Part shown: one piece after another, positions 45,829 to 52,441 of the stretch
Numbering within the stretch: position 1 is the first letter of the stretch
Layout: each line of letters starts with the position of its first letter
Source of the DNA: Bacteroidota bacterium
GTDB taxonomy: Bacteria; Bacteroidota; Bacteroidia; B-17B0; Aurantibacillaceae
Direction of reading: 5' to 3'
Assembly: GCA_043769975.1 (NCBI GenBank)
Contig: JAYVIS010000044.1
Coordinates: forward strand, 1 to 52,441
DNA length: 52,441 bases
Notes under the pieces: generated by a model
What the model was told of the DNA's origin: nothing
What the model saw: the letters and a program-made list of their open reading frames with translations, nothing else
Database searches by the model: none
Made by a program: the position numbers and the translations under genes

Positions 45829-46239
45829 TTAATTCAAATTAAAAGTTAAAAGAACTTCTTGACCATTATTATTAAATTCAACTTTATCAGCTAAATGTTT
45901 CATTAAAAAAACACCACGACCTTGAGGTTTGTCAATATTGATTGGATCAGTAGGGTCGGGAAGGCCGTCATAATCAAAACCATTTCCTTCATCAGCAACC
46001 GAAAACTGAATATTTTTATCTCCTGATTTAAAACCAATTTTTATGTGTTTGTTTGGATTGCCTTCGTTGCCATGATAAATAGCATTATTTACGGCTTCTG
46101 TTACAGCAATTAAAATATTACCATAACTATCTTCGTTCACACTAAAAACCTCGCAGACGTCCTCTACTAATCGCTCCACTAATCTCATGTTTTCGGATGA
46201 GGAACTTATATCTAATTTTTCTCCTTTAGCTAAAATCAT
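45829..46239 (-). CDS. GHKL ATPase, RsbW/SpoIIAB-like anti-sigma serine kinase
   Basis: 136 aa. N-box EAVNNAIYHG, G1 DEGNGFD, G2 GRGVFLM. The ATG overlaps the upstream stop (ATGA at 46236-46239). Confidence 0.75.
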   Translation of the reverse strand: MILAKGEKLDISSSSENMRLVERLVEDVCEVFSVNEDSYGNILIAVTEAVNNAIYHGNEGNPNKHIKIGFKSGDKNIQFSVADEGNGFDYDGLPDPTDPINIDKPQGRGVFLMKHLADKVEFNNNGQEVLLTFNLN

Positions 46240-49200
46240 TTGTTTACATTATTAAAATATTTATTTACCTTTTCTTTGTAATAGGGTGTTAAACTTGGCG
46301 GAACTGTATTTAACAATTCCAGTTCTTTTTCTTTCAATCTTTTATACTCTAAAAACTGCGTAGGGTTACTTAAATTTTGATTTTTTGCTTCATTACTTTT
46401 GCGTTTCTCATCCTGTTCTCTTTCTCGCTCTGCTTTGTCGCTTTCTAATAGTTTTGTAATAATATCTTGTTGGCGCTTCATGGTTTCTTGTGTTATTTGT
46501 CTGTTCACAATATCTTTTTCCGTTTGCTCCATCATATCTGCTAAATTCCCACCAGGATTACTCCCTCCTTCTTTTTTAATTTTGTCAAGCATTTGTTGCA
46601 TTTGTCTTCTTAATGCTTCTTGTTGAGCTGCCGCTTTAGCAAGTTGTTGACTTAATCCAGGCATACCTTGAGTGCCTTCCTGTCCTTGAGCTCCTATTCC
46701 ACCTTGTCCTCCAGGTTTTTTACCTCCCGGTTTATTTCCACCTGGTTTTTCACCGGGTTTGTTTCCTGGTTTTTCGCCACCTGGTTTTTGACCTTTTTCC
46801 AATGCTTTTTTCAATTCTTCAATTTGTTTATTTAGCTGCTCCTGCATTTGTTTCATGCTTTGCATACTTGGTTTTGAGCCGGGTTTACTAGATGGTTTTG
46901 AGCCTTTTCCTGGCTTTTTACATTTACCAGACCCTTCTTTTTTGCCTTCTTTAGCTTTTTGCTGCATTTGCTCAAGCGATTCATTTAAAAGTAAGGCCAA
47001 ATTATTAATTGAGGTCATTGAGTATTGCATTCGGATTTGTGCATCTGCTTGTTGTCTTTCTTCCAATGATGAAATGGTCTTTTTCATATTCATTATAATC
47101 GATGAAATTTCACGATTTACAGTAGCAGAAATAGCTGGGTTTCTTTTGCTTAAAGCGAATAAACTATCTTCAACTATTTTAGAGTCGTCTTGCAGTTTAC
47201 GTTGTTTTTTAGGAATTGTTAAATATTGTGGGTTTTCTGATCTTAGTTTTGAAAGATTAGTCATTAAATCTTCTTGTCCAAATGATAAGTTTAGGAGGTT
47301 TTCTAATATTTGACGTAAGGCCTGCATATCTTCCTCTTGCTCTTCCTTTTCCATTTCGTCCATTGATTTTTGCATTTGTTCCTTCATCTCTTGCATTCCA
47401 TCACTTGCTTCTTTTTCAGATTTTGCAGCTTCTTTTTTATTCTTTTTATTTAATTCTTCAGCGCTTTGCTGCATATCTTTCGAAATTTCATTTTGTTTTT
47501 CCTCTGTTTTTGGAATCTCATTTTTTTGTTCAAGAGCTTCATTTTTTTGCTCTAAATCCTTAATGTCCTTTTTTAAATCATCAAATTGTTTGTTGAGGTC
47601 ATTTTGTTTTTCTTCTAATTTTTGACTGTCTGTTTTTGTCAGCTTCTCTTCTGTTTTATTTGCATCCTTTTTGTCTTTCGCCCCTTCTTTTTCTTTTGTC
47701 TCTTTTGTCTCTTCTTTCCCTTTATTTCCTTCCGTTTCTTTTTTTAATTCATCTTGTTTGTTTTTTATATCATCAAGTTTATCAATAGCTTGTTGCATTT
47801 TTTGTTCAACCTCCATTTGTTTAAAGGCTTCAAGGGTTCTATCTAATTCCTTTTCCATGTCTTTGTTAGATAATTTTAATTCATCTAATTTTTCTTGTAC
47901 TTGGTTTTTGTCAAGCTTATCCAACATTTTATTTAACTCGTCAAATAGTTTTTTCATTTCGGGAGTCATAATGTTTTCAAACAATTCCTCCAATTGTTTT
48001 TGCTTTTCTAATAATGATTCGTCGTTTTTAGTAAGTTCCTCTTGTTGTTTATTATTTAATTGATTTTCTTGTTTTGTTTGTTCAATTTTATTTTTTAGTT
48101 CATTTTGTTTTTTTAAAATATCTTCTAATTTTTTCTTTTCCTCATAACCCATTTGTTTTTTTTCAGTCAACTTTTTACTGAAATCATTAATGTCTTTTTG
48201 TAAATCTTTTGCTTTTTTAATTTCATCATTAATGTCTTTTTTAATTTCCGAATTATTTTTATCAGTCGTTTTATTTATGTCATCTATGCTTGGAGCTTTG
48301 AATAACATAGTTTGTGTTTTAGCAGATTTAGAACCATTCACGCCATCATTGTCCCAAACTTCAAAATAATATTCAACTTTGTCGCCAGGTTGTAAATCGA
48401 AATTAGCCGCATTAAAAAAGTAAAAATAGGGTTGCATACTATTTTGTTTGTTTATCCCAATTGGTATTTCATTTTGTTTTGAAAAGCTATTTCCTAAGCT
48501 ATCTTTTCCAATTAAAGTGTATTTAAACATTAAACGAGAAAAGCCATAATCGTCTTTAATGGAGCCGGAAAAATAAATATTTTGTGTATTTAATGAATCT
48601 GCTTTTTCACTAACATCAATGGCTGGAGATTGGTCAGGAATAACATTTATAGTATAATTAATCGAATCTGGATTTTGTTTTAAAAAGGTGTTTCCTGTTT
48701 TTAAACTATAGTTTGTGCTTTGAATAAAATACTTTGAAAAGGAAAATTCATTTTCATTTGTTTTTTGACTATTGATTACGGTGTCTTTAAAATTAATAAA
48801 GACAGTTTCTGTGTTTTTTGTGTTGAATGTCCAATTAATTTTTGTGCCTTGCGGAATTTGCATATCCCCAATATTGGAAAGTGTTTCATTTTTTTTATTA
48901 AGGTAGGTTGGGTAAATTAATTGTGCATTAAAGTTAATTAGCATTGGTTTTGGCAATACATTTAATTCATATGGCTTTGAATTAAAACCTGCCGCGCTAA
49001 AATTAAAATCAATATTTTTTTGGACATTATTAAACGTATAAGTGTAATTTAAATTATCACTTTTTTCCATTTTATGTTCTATGCCATCAACTGTAATAAA
49101 AACTTCATTAGGAATTTCATTTCCTTTTAAGTTTAATTCTAAAACAAAATTTTGTTGCTGAATGGCAATTAAGTTTTTGTTAGAAATTGAAAATTGAAAT

Positions 49201-49790
49201 GGCGCTAATTGTTCAAAATAAGTTTGGTGATAAATTAACCGTTCAGTGCCATCCTTAATAATACTAGGTTTTAAGACAAAAATAAATGCAAATAAGAAAA
49301 TAGGAGGAAGTGCATATTTTAAATATTTTTTATTGTGACTTAAATTAATTGCTGACGAGAATGGAATAGGATTTAACTCCTCCATTTTTTGATTGATACT
49401 AGCGTTTAGTAAATCAATTGATAAAATTGAGCCTGAATTTCTTTGTAATTGAAGTGTGTTGATTAATTTGTCATTAATTTTAGAAAAGTGTTTTCCAACA
49501 ATATTTGCAGCATCATCGTAAGAAATTATTCTTCCAAATCTGTTTAGTTTTAAAATGGGAATAATAATATATTTAGAAATAACGATTGCGCTTGTAAAAA
49601 CAAAAGCATAAAAAAGTATTGTTCTAATGGTTGTTTGAAACTGAACAAAGTATTCTGCAATCACTAAAAACAAAAAGGCAGCCAACAATAAACCTAGAGA
49701 ATAGATTAAACCTTTTAACAACTGATTTTTATAATACTTGCGTATAAATTGATCGAGTTTTAAAAGAAGTATGTTTTTGTTTTCTGACAA
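46236..49790 (-). CDS. Giant membrane-anchored coiled-coil protein (DUF4175-like)
   Basis: N-terminal hydrophobic helices, a ~330 aa beta-rich region, a ~430 aa K/E/Q/D-rich helical region, and Lys-Pro-Gly repeats. Start set to TTG 49790 (MSENKNILLLKLDQFIRKYY), because the track's TTG at 49811 lies inside a -7 box. Confidence 0.7.
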   Translation of the reverse strand: MSENKNILLLKLDQFIRKYYKNQLLKGLIYSLGLLLAAFLFLVIAEYFVQFQTTIRTILFYAFVFTSAIVISKYIIIPILKLNRFGRIISYDDAANIVGKHFSKINDKLINTLQLQRNSGSILSIDLLNASINQKMEELNPIPFSSAINLSHNKKYLKYALPPIFLFAFIFVLKPSIIKDGTERLIYHQTYFEQLAPFQFSISNKNLIAIQQQNFVLELNLKGNEIPNEVFITVDGIEHKMEKSDNLNYTYTFNNVQKNIDFNFSAAGFNSKPYELNVLPKPMLINFNAQLIYPTYLNKKNETLSNIGDMQIPQGTKINWTFNTKNTETVFINFKDTVINSQKTNENEFSFSKYFIQSTNYSLKTGNTFLKQNPDSINYTINVIPDQSPAIDVSEKADSLNTQNIYFSGSIKDDYGFSRLMFKYTLIGKDSLGNSFSKQNEIPIGINKQNSMQPYFYFFNAANFDLQPGDKVEYYFEVWDNDGVNGSKSAKTQTMLFKAPSIDDINKTTDKNNSEIKKDINDEIKKAKDLQKDINDFSKKLTEKKQMGYEEKKKLEDILKKQNELKNKIEQTKQENQLNNKQQEELTKNDESLLEKQKQLEELFENIMTPEMKKLFDELNKMLDKLDKNQVQEKLDELKLSNKDMEKELDRTLEAFKQMEVEQKMQQAIDKLDDIKNKQDELKKETEGNKGKEETKETKEKEGAKDKKDANKTEEKLTKTDSQKLEEKQNDLNKQFDDLKKDIKDLEQKNEALEQKNEIPKTEEKQNEISKDMQQSAEELNKKNKKEAAKSEKEASDGMQEMKEQMQKSMDEMEKEEQEEDMQALRQILENLLNLSFGQEDLMTNLSKLRSENPQYLTIPKKQRKLQDDSKIVEDSLFALSKRNPAISATVNREISSIIMNMKKTISSLEERQQADAQIRMQYSMTSINNLALLLNESLEQMQQKAKEGKKEGSGKCKKPGKGSKPSSKPGSKPSMQSMKQMQEQLNKQIEELKKALEKGQKPGGEKPGNKPGEKPGGNKPGGKKPGGQGGIGAQGQEGTQGMPGLSQQLAKAAAQQEALRRQMQQMLDKIKKEGGSNPGGNLADMMEQTEKDIVNRQITQETMKRQQDIITKLLESDKAEREREQDEKRKSNEAKNQNLSNPTQFLEYKRLKEKELELLNTVPPSLTPYYKEKVNKYFNNVNK

Positions 49791-49808
49791 TGTATTTAAC
49801 CTTTTACA

Positions 49809-49816
49809 CAAATTTA
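49809..49816 (-). promoter_or_regulatory. -7 promoter box TAAATTTG for the DUF4175-like/kinase (and possibly ybeY) transcription unit
   Basis: Plus-strand caaattta. Lies 18 nt upstream of TTG 49790 on the minus strand. Confidence 0.55.
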
Positions 49817-50000
49817 CTAAATAAGGTAGGGGTTTGAAATTTAATTAGTGTTAATTTCCAATTCTAACGTCAATTTGTGTGATATTTAGAGGAAAAAAGT
49901 CCAATTTTTTGAATAAATGTGTCTAAGCTCACCTGTTTTTATTTTAGTTGAATAGATTTTGGCGAAGCGTTAACAGTTTTGTGTTTATATATATTTTAAT

Positions 50001-50034
50001 CATTTGTCGATTATTTTTTCTCATTTATCGAATT
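50001..50034 (+). promoter_or_regulatory. Direct repeat CATTT(G/A)TCGA(T/A)T x2, 21 bp apart, just upstream of the usp -7 box
   Basis: catttgtcgatt at 50001 and catttatcgaat at 50022. Confidence 0.3.
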
Positions 50035-50039
50035 TTTAG

Positions 50040-50047
50040 TAAATTTG
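50040..50047 (+). promoter_or_regulatory. -7 promoter box TAAATTTG for the usp gene
   Basis: Perfect TAnnTTTG, 15 nt upstream of ATG 50063. Its TTG is the track's start at 50045. Confidence 0.6.
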
Positions 50048-50062
50048 GTGAAAATTTTTCCA

Positions 50063-50887
50063 ATGCTTATAAAAGAAAATCACTCTATTTTAATTCCTGT
50101 TGATTTTTCAAAACAGTCGTTAGTTTCCATACAACAAACCTATAATTTAGCCAAGTATACAAAGTCAAAATTGATTTTAATGCATGCACATCCTGATAGT
50201 GACAATGATCACAAAAAGGATTTGGAAGATTTGGCCACTAAAACTAGTCAAGAATCTGGATTAAGTGTAATGGCCTTAAATGTAAAAGGTGATGTTTATG
50301 AGCAAACAGACATAAAAGCAAAGGAAATGGATTGTTCCTTAATTGTAGTTGGTCTTGATACTCAAGTTCGTTTCAGAAGTTTTTTTGGAGGCAGTAATGT
50401 CAGTAAATTTTTAAAGAATGCCCCTTGTCCAGTTATCACAATGCGTTCAGTAGATAATCGAAATATTTGCAAAAATATTATTATGCCTATTGATTTGAGT
50501 CCTGAAACTCGCGAAAAAGTTCCTATTGTAGTACAAATGGCGCTGTATTATGGGGCTGATATCAGAATTGTTTCGGTTTTTAATCCGAACGATGAAAAGT
50601 ATGAAAATGAGCTTTTACCGTATTTAAATCAAATAAAAAAGTTTATTAAGGACAAAGGAGTTAATTGTACTAATAAGTCAATCCCAAGTAATAACGTGGC
50701 TGAAGCAATTATTGAATATGCTAATAAAAATGATGGAGATTTAATTATTCAGATGAATAAACGAGATTTAAGTGTTGGCGAAATGTTTGGTGGCGCAATG
50801 TCTATTAAAATTGTTGAAATTAGTAATATTCCAGTTTTAACTATTAACCCAATGGTGAGACAAAGTATTAGTAGTTCAGTTCATTAA
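50063..50887 (+). CDS. Universal stress protein (tandem Usp domains)
   Basis: Two ~135 aa Usp-like halves (ILIPVDFS... and IIMPIDLS...), each ending in a G-x-rich, P-V-L/I-T pattern. Start moved to ATG 50063. Confidence 0.8.
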   Translation: MLIKENHSILIPVDFSKQSLVSIQQTYNLAKYTKSKLILMHAHPDSDNDHKKDLEDLATKTSQESGLSVMALNVKGDVYEQTDIKAKEMDCSLIVVGLDTQVRFRSFFGGSNVSKFLKNAPCPVITMRSVDNRNICKNIIMPIDLSPETREKVPIVVQMALYYGADIRIVSVFNPNDEKYENELLPYLNQIKKFIKDKGVNCTNKSIPSNNVAEAIIEYANKNDGDLIIQMNKRDLSVGEMFGGAMSIKIVEISNIPVLTINPMVRQSISSSVH

Positions 50888-50891
50888 TAAT

Positions 50892-51452
50892 TTATCCCTT
50901 TCTGCCTGGATTATCTTTTAAAAAAGTGTCCCAACCCGAATAACTTTTTTTAGTACCACTTTGCGTTTTACTATTTTGAAAATAATGGCAAACCGCTGCA
51001 GCTAAAGCATCTGTTGCATCTAAATAGCCTTCTGTATTATCAAATCTTAAGAGGTTGTGTAACATGGCCGTCACTTGCTCTTTGCTCGCATTTCCGTTAC
51101 CAGTGATGCTCATTTTTATTTTTTTTGGTGAATATTCTACCATTGGGATATTTTTAGAAAGGGCTGCTGCAATAGCAACGCCTTGAGCTCTTCCTAATTT
51201 TAACATTGATTGAACATTTTTCCCAAAAAATGGGGCCTCAATGGCTAATTCATCTGGCTTATATTCTTCAATTAAGCCAACAACTCTTTCAAAAATTTTT
51301 TTTAATCTGTCCGAATGTTCTTCGAGCTTATCTAATTTAATAACACCCAAGGCTACTAACGATAATTTGTTGTTTTGTATATGTACTATGCCATAACCCA
51401 TTACAATGGTTCCGGGATCAATGCCTAGTATTATTCTATCGTTAATTGCCAT
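50892..51452 (-). CDS. ruvC: Crossover junction endodeoxyribonuclease RuvC
   Basis: ILGIDPGTIVMGYG, ELAIEAPFF and DATDALAAAVCH motifs. Confidence 0.92.
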   Translation of the reverse strand: MAINDRIILGIDPGTIVMGYGIVHIQNNKLSLVALGVIKLDKLEEHSDRLKKIFERVVGLIEEYKPDELAIEAPFFGKNVQSMLKLGRAQGVAIAAALSKNIPMVEYSPKKIKMSITGNGNASKEQVTAMLHNLLRFDNTEGYLDATDALAAAVCHYFQNSKTQSGTKKSYSGWDTFLKDNPGRKG

Positions 51453-51491
51453 TATTTTGTAAATTTAATTTTTTTATCAATCTAAGTACTT

Positions 51492-52441
51492 ATTAAAACA
51501 AAAAACATATTAGCCTTTACTATAAAAGTCATTATTGGCATAATTAGTTTTTATATAATTTATAACCGGTTAGCGCAAATACCAAATTTAAAAGAACAAG
51601 TTTTAGTTTGGTTTACCGAACCTAAAATAGTTGGAGCTATTATTTTTGTTGTATTGCTAATGCCTGTTAATTGGGGTATAGAATGTTATAAGTGGAAATT
51701 AATTACAAAACAAGTTGAGCATATATCGTATAAAACAGCTATCAAATCAGTATTTACGGGCATTACTCTAGGAAACATTGCGCCAGGAAGAGCAATGGAG
51801 TTTATTGCGAAAATTTATTTTTTTAAACCAGATAACAAACCAAGTGTAACTATTTTGCATTTTATAAATGGGATGTTTCAGATGCTAATAACCGTTTGTG
51901 TTGGTGTATGCGCTATTGCTTATAAATTTAAGAGTAGTAACCAATCATCAATTTTAGTATACGTCATCATATTTGGAGGCCTTGCTTTGGCGATATTTTT
52001 TTGCTTAGCTATTTTTAATATTTCATTTATTCAAAAGAAATTAAAAGTCATTAAGTGGTTTAAAATTAAGGAAAGCACTCATCCATTATTTTTTTCTAAA
52101 AAATTAATCGCCCAATTACTTTCATTGTCGATATTTAGATATGCTGTTTTTACATTTCAGTTTTATTTTATTTATACCGCACTATCTCAACCACTTCCTT
52201 TTTTGCAAGTTTTAGGCGGCATTGCTGGCTATTTTATGTTAACAAGCGTCATACCTATGATAAGTGTTATAGAGCCAGCAATAAGAGCTGCGATAGCTTT
52301 GTTTGTTTTTAATAATACAGAAGACAATTCGGTTTCGGTTATTTTATCATCAACTTTGCTTTGGCTAATTAACGTGATTATTCCTAGTTTAATTGGGTAT
52401 GCCATTATTTTAAAAGAAAAAATTAATTTTAAAACAAGTCA
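51492..52441 (+). CDS. Polytopic membrane protein, lysylphosphatidylglycerol-synthase-TM/flippase-like (UPF0104) family; 3' end off window, start codon uncertain
   Basis: Own translation, frame open from 51486 to the window end: (I)KTKNILAFTIKVIIGIISFYIIY...PVNWGIECYKWKLI...GNIAPGRAMEF... There is no in-frame ATG/GTG/TTG before codon ~53, and ATT at 51492 is the best candidate start. Confidence 0.5.
   Translation, partial: MKTKNILAFTIKVIIGIISFYIIYNRLAQIPNLKEQVLVWFTEPKIVGAIIFVVLLMPVNWGIECYKWKLITKQVEHISYKTAIKSVFTGITLGNIAPGRAMEFIAKIYFFKPDNKPSVTILHFINGMFQMLITVCVGVCAIAYKFKSSNQSSILVYVIIFGGLALAIFFCLAIFNISFIQKKLKVIKWFKIKESTHPLFFSKKLIAQLLSLSIFRYAVFTFQFYFIYTALSQPLPFLQVLGGIAGYFMLTSVIPMISVIEPAIRAAIALFVFNNTEDNSVSVILSSTLLWLINVIIPSLIGYAIILKEKINFKTS

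Noticed and set aside
46399-48063. Four plus-strand ORFs (46399-46626, 46855-47313, 47282-47563, 47671-48063) antisense to the giant coiled-coil gene
   Set aside because: Their products are F/S/L/C-rich low-complexity strings, the mirror image of AAA/GAA/CAA-rich Lys/Glu/Gln codons on the other strand. They have no promoter boxes or motifs. The minus-strand ORF is continuous for ~3.5 kb with recognisable architecture.
47300-48300. Highly repetitive-looking nucleotide stretch that could be mistaken for a repeat array
   Set aside because: The repetition is irregular and is explained by the biased codon usage (AAA, GAA, CAA, GAT) of a charged helical protein region. There is no fixed period or conserved repeat unit.
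1-52441. Searched by eye for tRNA/rRNA genes, CRISPR arrays, IS elements, integrases, phage genes, toxin-antitoxin pairs and known defence-system signatures
   Set aside because: None found. Intergenic space is small and is accounted for by promoters and terminators. No transposase or recombinase motifs, no long inverted terminal repeats, and no regularly spaced repeat-spacer arrays were seen. A profile search would be needed to exclude divergent defence genes.

Overview
AT-rich, densely coding chromosomal segment that looks like Bacteroidota (Flavobacteriia/Cytophagia-like). Three proteins end in T9SS C-terminal sorting domains, and many genes sit about 15-60 nt downstream of perfect TAnnTTTG -7 boxes. 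I support about 55 protein genes, including two edge-truncated ones and rpmH, which the ORF track misses. I saw no rRNA, tRNA, CRISPR array, transposase or integrase. Contents in order: a lipase-like hydrolase and a PaaI thioesterase. An OmpR/HK two-component pair lies divergent from a five-gene cluster of secreted proteins: two small Cys-x(n)-Cys-His lipoproteins, a beta-barrel, YceI and a T9SS-sorted CXXCH protein. Then a ComB-family phosphatase and gcvT. A ~13 kb ABC-transporter-dependent surface-glycan locus follows (wzm/wzt, a coiled-coil double GT2, MBOAT plus AlgJ/X-like O-acyl module, GT-C, three GT4, a ligase-like protein), with a T9SS GH18-CUB-LamG protein next to it. Then rpmH, an MsbA-like ABC exporter, a large T9SS type-B adhesin, an orphan response regulator, deoC, and cysC coupled to a FemAB/GNAT-like gene. 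Next come two peroxiredoxins, rnhB, a TM2/SCO/SCO-like operon, and an SLT-LysM lytic transglycosylase followed by an ECF sigma/anti-sigma pair. Both the transglycosylase and the sigma gene are preceded by TGTAAC-N17-CGT promoters. The window ends with YraN, envelope proteins, an OmpA/TPR/PD40 protein, ybeY, an RsbW-like kinase overlapping a ~1180 aa charged coiled-coil membrane protein, usp, ruvC and a flippase-like membrane protein. The best candidates for an undescribed system are the TCS-linked Cys-His/YceI/beta-barrel/T9SS cluster (3.5-6.6 kb) and the giant coiled-coil protein plus GHKL kinase pair (45.8-49.8 kb). All family names are recalled from motifs read by eye. No database search was run.
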